Below, piece after piece: positions 1 through 10,926 of a stretch of 64,000 nucleotides of DNA; the first letter of the stretch is position 1, and every line of letters begins with the position of its first letter. The position numbers and the translations under genes were made by a program. The stretch covers positions 320,001 to 384,000 of the forward strand of contig CAVTET010000003.1 of assembly GCA_963733675.1 (NCBI GenBank), given 5' to 3'. Below the pieces are notes generated by a model. That model was not told the origin of the DNA and did no database searches. It was given only the letters and a program-made list of their open reading frames with translations. The DNA is from an uncultured Methanosarcinaceae archaeon. GTDB lineage: Archaea; Halobacteriota; Methanosarcinia; Methanosarcinales; Methanosarcinaceae.

Positions 1-2
1 TT

Positions 3-573
3 GTGATCGAACTGGAACTCGATAGCCTGGAGCAACTTAGTAATTCTTTTGACCCTGCTCCATTCCATGAAAAAGAGCTGAATCCAGATGCAGAAGATTA
101 TATTTACAACGCTGTGGATGAATTTCCCTTGAAAAAATCTCTTGAAATAATGATACATCTTCCTCCTAACGAAATCAGTACAGAAATCGAAGTTAACCTC
201 ACAAGAGCTATACAGAATCACTTCTCTTACAAGAATCTCCTTACTGAAATCGAACTAAGAAGAATTCTTTATCAAGGAAGAACAAACTTCCTAATAGCTC
301 TTATTTTTCTTTTTTTTGTGTCTACTTACAATTCGACTGTTTTCGAACTTTGAAGAAAGTTTGATGAAATCTCTTTTCTCTGAGGGGCTCCTTATAATTG
401 GGTGGGTTGCCATGTGGGAGCCAATAAACACTTTGTTATACGGTTGGTGGCCTATTGTCCACAAACGCAATATATATCAAAAAATAATTGATATGGATAT
501 ATCTATAAGGACAGTCTCTCAAGCAGCAGAGAACACTTTTTATTACCGTTTTACTCAAAATAAAGAATTATGA
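3..573 (+). pseudogene. Conserved hypothetical membrane protein, split by a frameshift
   Basis: ORFs 3..353 and 316..573 overlap and read as one protein (soluble N-terminus, then two TM segments, WVAMWEP motif); the frame switch falls in the T8 run at 310-317. Confidence 0.6.
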
Positions 574-1283
574 GATCTTTAGAACATAATTAGAACATAA
601 AATTTATGCGGTTGAACTAAGAATCAACAGTGGTAAATATTTAACTTCCAAAAATAAAAAAAGTCTTTCACCATGGGATCTTTGGAGCAAGATCAAGTAT
701 ACAGTTAAGACTCCCAGTTTTGGATGATCTTTTCGATTATATGAAAAAAAGAGGTTTTAAAGATTTCTCAAGTTAATCTTTTCTAATGAGCACAAAAAGA
801 AGAGGACAAAAAGCAATCAGATAATTTTTTTATTGAATCAAGCTGAACGATGTGTTATGTACATCTGATAAAGCAAGTTCTTAGGAAAGTGCAAAAAAAG
901 TGAAAATAAATGGTTGAGAAGTTAAAAAAGCATTTGTGGATCGTCATAAAACATATAACTCGATAGGGGGAATTGGGGAAATTTTATCAAGTATCTGAGC
1001 TTAGTTAGTGGAGTATCAAATAATACTAAAAGAATAGATATGGCCTTGATTAAAAATTAGTGAAGTACTATATTTTGCCGTACTTCATGTGAACTAAATT
1101 TATTGAGGCTTTATATCTAAAATCAGATAAATTCTCTATTTTTGCGGTTTTTCTATTGACTTTTTGCTAAACTAAGTGATTTGTATCTGGAGGGGACGAT
1201 GAAAATTTTTAATACTGTCCAAACATAATATATTTTTTTATTACATTGGTTGAACCATCTTTTCTAATTCCTGTTCCCACCTT

Positions 1284-1580
1284 CTAAGGACTATTTACTA
1301 AATAGTTCATGGTAGAAATAAATAAAGACTATACAAAAGGTATATAATAAAATAAATCTAACAATAAATTAAAGGTTCTTAAATACCTTTACACAGAACT
1401 CTATGAGCTGCAGGTATCTTTGCCATGCTTTTTCAATGCAGCTCATAAGATTAACGTTTGGACATCTACCATCGTTGATGACCACCAGATTTAGAGGATT
1501 TCACAAAGACAGTAGCTGTAATATCTCCAAATAGGTCTTCGAGGGTAGGTATGGAAAAGCCTGTATTCAGGATCATGAAA
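1284..1580 (+). ncRNA. Conserved extended promoter plus structured leader/ncRNA, copy 1
   Basis: TACTAAATAGTT 1296-1307, TATA at 1341; hairpins 1370-1391 and TATGAGCTGCA(1402-1412)/TGCAGCTCATA(1437-1447); homologous to copies at 5.1, 5.5, 17.4 and 55.9 kb. Confidence 0.6.
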
Positions 1581-1625
1581 AAATTTTCAATCAAATCTTT
1601 AAAATATACCTAGTGAGGAAATTTC

Positions 1626-2006
1626 ATGAAAGTACTACTCGTAGATAATGATCCCTTATTTCTGGAGCTGTCAAAGACTTTCCTTGAAGTATTTCACGGA
1701 ATAACATCCGATACTGTGAATTCTGCAAGGGAAGCACTCGCCAAATTGGAGAAAGATTCCTATGATGTGATAGTTTCGGATTATGATATGCCTTTTATTG
1801 ATGGCATCACATTCTTGAGAAGTATACGTAATAAGAAAATTAGCATTCCTTTTATTCTTTTTACTGGATTCGGAAAAGAAGAAATCATGCACTTGGCAAT
1901 AGAAAATGGTGCAAATTCTTTTGTACATAAAACAAGTAACCTAAAAATCCAGTATTCAGAGCTGTCAAAGAAAATATTGCAGATTGTAAGTAGTAGTACA
2001 GGTTAG
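1626..2006 (+). CDS. Single-domain response regulator (CheY-like receiver)
   Basis: VLLVDND, VSDYDMP phosphoacceptor motif, FILFTG, conserved K; GAGG RBS upstream. Confidence 0.9.
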   Translation: MKVLLVDNDPLFLELSKTFLEVFHGITSDTVNSAREALAKLEKDSYDVIVSDYDMPFIDGITFLRSIRNKKISIPFILFTGFGKEEIMHLAIENGANSFVHKTSNLKIQYSELSKKILQIVSSSTG

Positions 2007-2012
2007 CTAATT

Positions 2013-2669
2013 ACACACAAAAATCGATTTTAAAACGATCCACTACCGAAAAATGCAAGAAATGATCTATTGACAAGTTGAAAACTACAAGCTTGCTTTA
2101 GAGTAAGAGGAGATGAAAACCTGAATCCATCAGAATTTGCATCGATTATGTTTACAATAGTACAGAATATAGATGAATACGAAGATTCAGATGCATACCA
2201 CGAAACTTTAGTAGAACTAATGAGCAATGCGATTAAGTCCGTTGCCGAGTGACCATAAAATAGTGACTGATAAAGAAAAGAACAAAATTTTCATGCTACT
2301 GGGCCTTCGACTCCCTTTTGATTTATGATTTTTGAAGCAGTAAGATGTAATTATTATACACGATTCTGAGTTTTTCTAGGTCAGATCATAAGCTGAGGGG
2401 ATAATAAAGTAAATAAAATCTTTAAATTGGTGTACCAAACAAATGCTAACTTTGAAAAGACTAACCTTCAAGAACCTAACCTTGAAAGAGTTAATCTTAC
2501 AAAGGCTAACATTAAAAGGGTTCTTGTAGATAGATACAAAACAAGTCGTAAAGAATGTCTTGAGAATATAATCGAAAAGAGGGGGAGACACATTTGATTT
2601 GACACATTTGATTTTAAACAAACATGTTTTTTCAGTCCAATTTGCTCTTCTGTTTACAAATCTAAATGT
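2013..2669 (+). repeat. ~650-bp direct repeat, copy A
   Basis: Colinear high similarity to 4236-4861 (e.g. CTACCGAAAAATGCAAGAAATGAT, CCACGAAACTTTAGTAGAA); contains decayed gene remnants including pentapeptide-repeat codons near 2445-2510. Confidence 0.9.
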
Positions 2670-3229
2670 TGTTTCATTTCCATGATCACAATGTAGGATG
2701 CCCATTGCTTTAGGTGTGGATACCATTCCTTATAGTCGTGATATGCAATATAACTAATCCTTTACATATCTATTTTTGCCACAACTAGAATGTAAAGTCA
2801 TCATCATTTGCGATCGATTATTGTTATTGTACACAATGGTGTTGCTGATGTTGTCAACAAGTCTCCAACCTCACTCCCCAAATTTTGATAATATTATAAA
2901 CGTTTAATTGCCTAAATACAAATTTAAACCACCGAGGATTCTGATGAACCTTTCATTTTCACGAGTAATCTAGATATCATATCTAAGCATATGACAAAAT
3001 TTAGGGACTGATAAAAATCCTCTATAGTGTCATATAGTACGTATTTTTATACTTCAAGTACATAATGTCTACATTAATTCCACTGGAAGTTAATCACAAT
3101 CAATCAAAAACCTAGTAATAATAAATAATCTTTCATTTTATCATTTTCGACATGTTTCATTTATACATTCATATATTGTTGCAGAATATAAATTGCATAG
3201 AGATGAATAAAGATATTCAAGTAATTTAT

Positions 3230-3784
3230 ATGATCCCAAGAAAAGCTTTTGTGACAAAAGGTACCGGAGTTCATAAGGCCAGATTAGCATCTTTTGAGCT
3301 TGCATTGAGAGCTGCAGGAATAGAGAAATACAACCTTGTATGTGTTTCAAGCATTCTACCTCCCAATTGCAAAATTATATCTAAAGAAGAAGGACTTTTA
3401 AAGCTAAAACCTGGTGGCATTGTTCATTGTGTACTTGGAAGGAACGATGCCAACGAACCACATCGTTTGATGGCTTCAGCTATAGGAACTGCTGTTCCAG
3501 TGAATGAAGAAAATTACGGCTATATTTCTGAGCATCATTCTTTTGGAGAAGAAGAAATTATTGCGGGAGAATACGCTGAAGATCTGGCAGCAACAATGCT
3601 TGCAACGACGCTCGGCATAGAATTTAATGCTGAAATGGCCTGGCATGAGAGAGAACAGGTATACAAAGCTAGCGGGTATATCTTTGACTCATTTCATATT
3701 TGCCAGACTGCAAAAGGTGACAAAGATGGTAAATGGACAACGGTTGTAGCAGCAATGGTCTTTGTTACTACAGACTATAGATAA
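3230..3784 (+). CDS. pdaD: Pyruvoyl-dependent arginine decarboxylase
   Basis: SFELALRAAGIEKYNLVCVSSILPP with the SS self-cleavage site, GYISEHH; likely start MIPRKAF at 3230 (ORF open from 3152). Confidence 0.92.
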   Translation: MIPRKAFVTKGTGVHKARLASFELALRAAGIEKYNLVCVSSILPPNCKIISKEEGLLKLKPGGIVHCVLGRNDANEPHRLMASAIGTAVPVNEENYGYISEHHSFGEEEIIAGEYAEDLAATMLATTLGIEFNAEMAWHEREQVYKASGYIFDSFHICQTAKGDKDGKWTTVVAAMVFVTTDYR

Positions 3785-4235
3785 ACTCCAATCTTTGGCT
3801 GTTTGTTTATAATATCTACATAAGCAATTTGTTGAAATCTGAAGTTTATCGAAATTCTCCACATACATTTCCCATGTTCAAATAAAATGTGGAGAAATTC
3901 TTATGCCCATTGTTTTCAATAATCTAATTCACAACTCTTTCTCGGTCAAATGTGATAAGTGCTGATTCTTTGAGCAGGGCCACCTACTTTAGAGACTTGT
4001 TGAAACTTTTGTTTCGATTGAAACTTTTGTTCAGAAACAAATTTTCATATAATAAATATTAAATAAAGAATCTGAATAATTACATTATCTGTATTAGGGA
4101 TTTAGATTGAATCCTTATTGATGTGTTTTGGACCCGAAATATCTCTCTTCAAAAACACAGATTTTACATCAGGATTGGCTTAAAATGAATGTGAGAACGC
4201 ATTAATAATCATTAAAAGTAAGATAGTTGATTAGA

Positions 4236-4861
4236 ACACATAAAAATTGATTTTAGAACTATTGCTACCGAAAAATGCAAGAAATGATTTATTGACAAGT
4301 TGAAAACTGCAAGCTTGCTTTAGAGTTAACAGGAGATGAAAAACCTGAATCCATCAGAATTTGCGTCGATTATGCTTACAATAGTACAGAATATAGATGA
4401 ATACAAAGATCCAGATGAATACCACGAAACTTTAGTAGAAATAATGAGCAATGTGATTAAGTCCGTTGCCGAGTAATCATAAACTAGTGACTAATAAAGA
4501 AAATGACAAAATATTCATGCTCAGAGGTCTTCGATTCCCTTTTGGTTTATGACGTTTTGAAGCAGTAATATGTAATTGTTATACACGGTTCTGAGTTTCT
4601 CCGGATCAGATAATAAGCTGAGGGGATAATAAAGTAAATAAAATTTTCAAATTGATGCAACAAACAAATGCTAACCTTCAAGAACCCAATTTTGAAAGAG
4701 TTAATCTTAAAAAGCAGCATTAAAGGGTTTTCCTAGATAGGTATAAAGAAAGTCGTAAAGAATTTCTGAGAATATAACCAAAAAGGACTGCAGACCGATT
4801 TGATTTTAAACAAACAAGTTTTTTCAACCTAATTTGCTTTTCTGTTTTCAAATATAAATGT
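4236..4861 (+). repeat. ~630-bp direct repeat, copy B
   Basis: Homologous to 2013-2669 along its length. Confidence 0.9.
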
Positions 4862-4934
4862 AATTAAATCTAGTTATATTTCATTGACTATCAAAACCTT
4901 TAAACGGATTCTCTATCAAATTGCATGCAACGAC

Positions 4935-5025
4935 CCCCTTAGTCACAAAATCAACTTTTTTGACATTTTAGACCAACCTTATCCTCTAAGCTAATAAAAT
5001 AAAAGAGCTCACATTTTGGAATTTA
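4935..5025 (+). repeat. Degenerate partial copy of the structured RNA family
   Basis: AAAATCAACTTTTTTGACATTTTAGA...GCTAATAAAAT matches the 3' part of the copies at 5.28-5.34 kb and 5.64-5.69 kb. Confidence 0.5.
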
Positions 5026-5111
5026 CGCAATAATCGATCAATATCATCTCTTTGTGTTTATATAACTCTACAAAAATCTGCTGCGGATACTGGTGCAAGG
5101 ATATTGGATGG

Positions 5112-5345
5112 TCCAAAGATCAGGACTTGATAATTTTCTTACTATTTAGTTAAAGTTAGTGCTATTTAGAGTATATGCAAAAAGTATATAACAAATCAAA
5201 CGGGGTTATAATTAATAGGTTTCCCCACTTCTAGTAGAGACTTTCCATTGGGCTGTAGGTAATTTCCCCCGCAGCTCATAATATCAACTTTTCTGACATT
5301 TTAGATAGCTTGCTCACGTACGCTAATTAAATGAAGTAGATTTGA
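5112..5345 (+). ncRNA. Extended promoter plus structured RNA, copy 2 (no downstream ORF)
   Basis: AGATCAGG ending 5124, TACTATTTAGTT 5140, TATATAA 5185; stem TGGGCTGT(5249-5256)/GCAGCTCA(5271-5278). Confidence 0.55.
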
Positions 5346-5497
5346 CCCATTCTGGGGAGATTTCAGGCATTTTCTTGAGTAGAGGAGGGGTATTTTCTTC
5401 ATTGGGTAGATTATAACCATGTGTAGGGACTGAGAATTAATCAGTTCATAATGAGCTTGATCGGCTTCATCATGAAACTAATGTTATTTAATATATA

Positions 5498-5695
5498 TAC
5501 TAATTAGTTCAAGTTATTATTATTTAGTATATATGCAAAAACTATATAATAAATCAAATATATTTATAATTCATAGGTATTGCTCATACCTTACAATAGA
5601 CTTTCCGACAAGCTGCAGGCATCTCTTCACCTGCAGCTAACAAGATCAACTTTTTGGCATCTAGGATCAGCCAGATCATTTAAATTAATAAAAAA
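5498..5695 (+). ncRNA. Extended promoter plus structured RNA, copy 3
   Basis: TACTAATTAGTT 5498, TATATAA 5543; AGGTAT/ATACCT hairpin; perfect stem AGCTGCAGG(5611-5619)/CCTGCAGCT(5630-5638) with loop CATCTCTTCA. Confidence 0.6.
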
Positions 5696-5708
5696 AACTA
5701 AGTAATTT

Positions 5709-5918
5709 ATGGCTTTCGACGATGCGGTGGTTGTTATTTACATGCTCGATGACAAAATAAAGGCAAAACAAGCAGTACATATTATGGGTACTGGTATAGT
5801 TGGCGGTGCATTTTGGGATATTTTGATAGGAATATTTGCTTTGTTTCTCTTAATCGCGGAATGGACTGAAGATAAGGCATTCGAGAGATTAAACAAGTTC
5901 AAAGGATTGATTAAATAA
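5709..5918 (+). pseudogene. DUF1269-like membrane protein, internally deleted remnant
   Basis: DDAVVV...KQAV...G.GIVGGAFW..LIG motif typical of the family, but only 69 aa. Confidence 0.6.
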
Positions 5919-6136
5919 AAGCCAACCCATCGAAATCTGCTCAATCAATCTTAGTGAAGATTACTATTAAGAATATTTTCGTGGGTTGAATAATTGGCTT
6001 ATCCTGAAATATAATTTTCAATCCGTGAGTGTCTTTAAATTTGCGAGTTTACAGAAAAAATAGCTTGCTGTCAATCTGCTTAATTAAGTTAAATCACAAT
6101 CATAAATAGAAAAATTCCAAAAGGTCATTGCCATGG

Positions 6137-6240
6137 TTCACAAGATTAGGATTACATGCATCTAGTAATGTTTAGTTATATTTATTAATATATTGACTAT
6201 TTGCAAAAGGCATATATTGAATCATATCCAACTAAATATT
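6137..6240 (+). promoter_or_regulatory. Extended promoter, copy 4 (degenerate)
   Basis: TTCACAAGATTAGG ending 6150, TAATGTTTAGTT 6166, CAAAAGG-CATATAT at 6211; same 16 and 45 bp spacing as other copies. Confidence 0.55.
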
Positions 6241-6556
6241 ATGATATATAAATGCACTATAACATAAATCCTGGAATAAAATATTTTAGTGTAACTATAC
6301 ATTGCTATATACCTGAAAATGAAAGCTTATCAAGAAGCTGAATTAATAGATACCCCAAGCAGAAGGATCTTAGATCTTTATTTACTCAATCTTAAGATAA
6401 TAGATCTTAAGTAAGACCTTTATATTACATAGGTCCTATTCATGGAGCTTTTCAGCTACTTCTAATATTTTCTTATGTCCAAGCCTTTGCTCGTATTCTG
6501 GATCATGACTAAATTTTCAAGCGAAGCTTCAAAATATAATCTAGGGAGGGAATTTC

Positions 6557-6730
6557 ATGAAAGTGGTACTCGTATATGATGATCTCTTATTTCATAAGCT
6601 GTCAAATAATTTCCTAGAAGTATTTCACGAAATAACATCCAATATTGTGAATTTTGCAAAGGAAGCACTCATTAAATTGTAGAAAGATTCCTATGCTATC
6701 ATAGTTTCGGATTATGATTATACCTTTTTA
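6557..6730 (+). pseudogene. Truncated paralog of the response regulator at 1626
   Basis: Nucleotide similarity to 1626-1800 plus shared upstream ~70 bp; in-frame TAG near 6680 and truncation after ~58 codons. Confidence 0.85.
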
Positions 6731-6931
6731 GTACGATATACTCTGTGATCAAGGCTGAAATCTTGTTTAATCTGATAGTAATACTTTATATTTTTGTGAT
6801 ACCTTTACTTGTGCACCATTGTTTGAGCAATTTGAGAATATATTTTAGAATGTTAAACTATAGAGATAGTGCATAAGAACTTATAAATTCATTTAGCTCC
6901 GTAGAGGGTCAAACTATGGAGAGAATCAATC

Positions 6932-8206
6932 ATGGAAGGTTCATGGTATTACTACAAATATCGCCGGTTCATAAAATGGTTGGGTTTATACTTGGCACTT
7001 GCTGGGCCAGGCATAATTGTGATGGTAGCGGATAATGATGCAGGGGGTATCACAACCTATGCTGCAACAGGAGCCAAATTTGGCTTTAACTTAATCTGGC
7101 TCTTGGTACTACTTGGCCCAGTAGCATATGTTGTTCAGGAAATGACTGTGCGATTAGGCGCGGTCACCAAGCGAGGACATGCAGAAGCTATATTCGATGC
7201 TTTTGGCTCTTTTTGGGGCTGGTTCTCGCTAATAGACTTGGGCATCTTGGATTTTCTTACGATGGTAACTGAGTTTATAGGAATGACAGCTGCTCTACAG
7301 ATATTTGGCGTGCCGCCTATATTAACGATAATTGGTGTCTCCATCTTGATGATCTCAATATTCATTCACGGAAGATACTGGACATGGTAAAAGATAGTAC
7401 TCCTTTTCTGTGTGCTCAATCTGATCTATATTCCTGCGATTCTGCTTATTCACCCCAATTTTAGCGATGTTACCAAAGGTTTGATTCCAAGTATTCCCAT
7501 AAACGGGTTCACAGGTGATTTTTTCTTCTTTTTCATGGCGAATATAGGAACTACCATAGCCCCCTGGATGATATTCTTCCAACAGAGCTCTGTAGTAGAT
7601 AAGGGTATGACTGAGAAAGATATTTCCTTTGGAAAATTCGATACTGCAGTTGGTGCATTCTTTACAGTATTAGTTGCAATAGCGTGTGTAATTATCACAG
7701 GCACGTTGCTCTTCAAGCCCGGTGGAATAGATATCGAAAGTGCTGCTCAAGCTGCAATTGCGATTATGGGCAGCTCCCCAATCGTTGGTTCTGCTCTTGC
7801 CATCGGACTCTTCGATGCCGGACTTCTTGGTGCTATGTGCATATCATTGGCAAGTTCATGGGCTATGGGTGAGGTTTTTGGATGGGCTCATTCTATCAAC
7901 AACAAGGTTTCAGAGGTACCTATGTTCTATGCCTTTTATTTCCTGAGCTTGATCTTCGCGGGCATAGTTGTAATAACCCCAGGAGCTCCATTGGTGTTGA
8001 TAACTCTTTTCGTGCAGGTGGTAGCTGTTACTCTTCTTCCTGCAGCTCTGGTTTTTCTGCTACTTCTGCTAAACAATGAAGAGATGATGGGGAAATATAA
8101 GAATACCCTTACACAAAATATTATGGGTTTTTTAATTGTATTTACTATAATTATTGTCTCTACTCTTTACGCCTTAAGCGTGATCTTCCCGGAGATGTTT
8201 AAATGA
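6932..8206 (+). pseudogene. Nramp-family divalent metal transporter (Mg-type), single in-frame nonsense codon
   Basis: GPGIIVMVADNDAGGITTY and ANIGTTIAPWMIFFQQS motifs; 6932..7390 and 7412..8206 are in the same frame, separated only by TAA at 7388-7390. Confidence 0.85.
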
Positions 8207-8254
8207 GCGTAGATAACATGGAAAACTATCAGGAGACGAAAAATATGGTAGACT

Positions 8255-8458
8255 ATGTTGATTGACAGATGTGAGAAGGGAAAGATCAGCCATGTGCTAA
8301 GAGGATGGAGAAAAGCAGTAAACGATATAAACAAAAAATACAGCAAGCCACGATTGAAGATGACACCTTTGGTCAGGTTTTCACTCTTTGCTCTCAGACT
8401 TTATCTAATAATGTTGGTTGTTATATTAAGTTATAAATTCTACACAATGGTGAGGTAA
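8255..8458 (+). CDS. Small single-TM membrane protein of the Nramp-MgtE operon
   Basis: Lies between the Nramp and MgtE-N genes; C-terminal hydrophobic helix (LFALRLYLIMLVVILSYKF). Start may be slightly upstream. Confidence 0.6.
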   Translation: MLIDRCEKGKISHVLRGWRKAVNDINKKYSKPRLKMTPLVRFSLFALRLYLIMLVVILSYKFYTMVR

Positions 8459-8473
8459 GCTGGAGGCAGATAT

Positions 8474-9748
8474 ATGAAAGACGAATCAAATAACAACAAA
8501 ACTGAAAGCATCCTTTTTTTGAGTGAGGTGATGAATGCTAAAGTCCTCCTTAAAGGCAAAAAAATAGGAAAGCTCTTGGACCTGATCATACTTGAAAAAC
8601 ATAAGGCTGCAGAGGTCACATACGTAGTAATAAGTCGACCTTTTGGTTATCCTTCATTAGTAGTACCATGGAATAATGTCAGTTCATTCAATGAAAAGTC
8701 TGTAACTATAGATATCGATGATGTAGAAAAGTTTGCATACAAAATTCCCGAGGGATTTATTCTTCTGAAGGATTACATTCTAGATAAGAAGATTTTAGAT
8801 TTAGAGGATACTGAGGTTGAGGTTGTCTACGATATCAAGATGGTTATGAGTAAAAACAAACTTTATATTACTGATGTAGACCCCTCCAAAAATGCGCGTT
8901 ATCGTAGGCTAGGTCTTGATAAATTTACTCATTTGATTCTCAAGGATAGTGATAAAAGTGAGGACGAGCTTATTCCATGGTCATACGTCCAAGCTCTACC
9001 CTCCAATATTGGAAGCTTTAAGGGAGATGTAAAGTTAAATATACTGAAAGAGAAGCTAAACGATCTTCCACCTGTGGATATTGTGGAAATTTTGGAGGAT
9101 TTGGATCACGATCAGAGGCTGACTGTTATCAATCAGCTCGAAGAAGAGCATGCATCTGATACCTTGGAGGAAATTAGTCCGAATATGCAAAGGGAGATTA
9201 TCTCCTCTCTGACTAAGGAAAAAGTTGCATACTTGATTGATATGATGACTCCGGGCCAGGCGGCTGATGTACTGTCGGCTTTGACTTTGGAGGATCAAGA
9301 AGCTATAATGGAACTGATGGATGAAGAAAATCTCAATAAAATAAAATCTATCCTTGAGACGCGACAGGATACGATAATCAACCTCATAACTGAGAGATAT
9401 CTAAAAGCTCAGCCTGATGAAACAGTAGAGATTGTGGAGAATGCGTACCCCAAAAGAGCAAAAGGTAAAGATGAAATAATGTACATCCACGTAACCGATA
9501 AGGATAATACGCTATTGGGTGTGATTGATGTGAAGGAGCTTCTTCAGGCAGATAGTCAGGCACTTTTAAAGGACATCATGAATAAAAATGTCATAACCTT
9601 GGATAAAGAGAGTAGTATTGGAGAAGCCACGAAGATGTTCTCTAGATACGGCTTCAGATCGCTTCCCGTAACGGATAATGACTATAAAATAGTTGGAGTT
9701 GTCAGTCAACGAGATGTCGTGAAGCTAACACTTCACTTTTCGGAATGA
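8474..9748 (+). CDS. PRC-barrel / MgtE N-terminal / CBS-pair protein
   Basis: N-terminal PRC-like KIGKLLDL, MgtE_N helical region (LPPVDIVEILEDL), tandem CBS domains (LPVTD..KIVGVVS); GGAGG RBS. Confidence 0.88.
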   Translation: MKDESNNNKTESILFLSEVMNAKVLLKGKKIGKLLDLIILEKHKAAEVTYVVISRPFGYPSLVVPWNNVSSFNEKSVTIDIDDVEKFAYKIPEGFILLKDYILDKKILDLEDTEVEVVYDIKMVMSKNKLYITDVDPSKNARYRRLGLDKFTHLILKDSDKSEDELIPWSYVQALPSNIGSFKGDVKLNILKEKLNDLPPVDIVEILEDLDHDQRLTVINQLEEEHASDTLEEISPNMQREIISSLTKEKVAYLIDMMTPGQAADVLSALTLEDQEAIMELMDEENLNKIKSILETRQDTIINLITERYLKAQPDETVEIVENAYPKRAKGKDEIMYIHVTDKDNTLLGVIDVKELLQADSQALLKDIMNKNVITLDKESSIGEATKMFSRYGFRSLPVTDNDYKIVGVVSQRDVVKLTLHFSE

Positions 9749-10066
9749 AAGACGATTTTCTTGATACCAACTACCCAGAGTAATCGCTGAAGATTTATAG
9801 TAAGAGATCTAAAAGGATTTGAGGGAACAAAAGAAAGTTTAGAAATTTAGTTCTGATTTTTTTCTCCCAATTTTCTGCAGATCTTTCATCAAAAGTAGTA
9901 TTTTTCACGATTTTTCTCATTGAACATTATAGAGTACCTACTTTTCCCTATACCATAGACCCAGGTTTTCTATTCTATATGGTGTCAAGATCTATTTTGT
10001 GACTGAGCTCTCTTAGGAAAGCTTCAGTTATTCAGAACATCGACAGTTATATAATAAAAAATTCAC

Positions 10067-10924
10067 TCAAATTTTTAGTTTTTGACGGTAATGTCTGCGG
10101 ATTAAAACTGCTATGGTGTTCAAAATAAGTACGATAATCAATAAAACCAGAGCTGTTCCATATTGAATAGACCTGGTTTTAGTAATATTCGTTCCTGCAG
10201 TGGCCAGCACAAAGAGATGGTAGGGAAGGGCCATGAACTGGGAATAGATTGATTCAGGCAGCTTTGGCAAGAAGTATGCAGCTCCTGTTAAAAGGATAGG
10301 AGCTGTTTCACCTGCAATCCTTCCTATGCTCAGGATAGAACCGGTAACCATTCCTGGGATGGCTGATGGTAGTACCACATGCCTGATGGTCTGCCATTTG
10401 CTAATTCCAAGTGCAAGGGAGGATTCTCGGTACTCACTAGGAACTGCAAGAAGTGCTTCCTCGCTTGAACGAATAATCACGGGGAGAACTAGGAGAGAAA
10501 GGGTAAGAGATGCCGAAAGTATAGAAGGGCCAAAACCAAAGTATTTAACAAACAGTGCCAACCCGAAAAGCCCAAAAACCACAGATGGAGTTCCGGCTAA
10601 ATTACTGATTGCCATTTCTATAGGCCAGGTTATTAAATTGTTTTCTGCATATTCTTTAAGGTAGATAGCAGCCATAATTCCCATTGGAAGGGCTATAGAC
10701 ATTGATCCTATGATAAGTAGTAATGTGCCCACAATTGCTGGATAGATCCCACCTTGAGTCATCATATTGCTGGGCATTTCAGTAAGGAACTCAATGCTAA
10801 TTGCATTATATCCATTGTAAATAATATAGCCAAGGATAATTAGAACAAACCCGACTACTGTCAATGCTGCAAGGCTGAGTAGTGCAAAAGCAATTTTTTC
10901 ACTCGTTTTTGCATTAAATCTCAC
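10067..10924 (-). CDS. pstA: Phosphate ABC transporter permease PstA
   Basis: LAGTPSVVFGLFG, EAA-loop, GRIAGETAP. Confidence 0.95.
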   Translation of the reverse strand: MRFNAKTSEKIAFALLSLAALTVVGFVLIILGYIIYNGYNAISIEFLTEMPSNMMTQGGIYPAIVGTLLLIIGSMSIALPMGIMAAIYLKEYAENNLITWPIEMAISNLAGTPSVVFGLFGLALFVKYFGFGPSILSASLTLSLLVLPVIIRSSEEALLAVPSEYRESSLALGISKWQTIRHVVLPSAIPGMVTGSILSIGRIAGETAPILLTGAAYFLPKLPESIYSQFMALPYHLFVLATAGTNITKTRSIQYGTALVLLIIVLILNTIAVLIRRHYRQKLKI

Positions 10925-10926
10925 GC

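Noticed and set aside
6557-7390. Pyrrolysine (TAG) readthrough to rescue broken genes
   Set aside because: The single in-frame stops in Nramp (7388), the propeller gene (38959) and the IS6 transposase (62911) are TAA; the TAG near 6680 lies in a gene that is truncated anyway.
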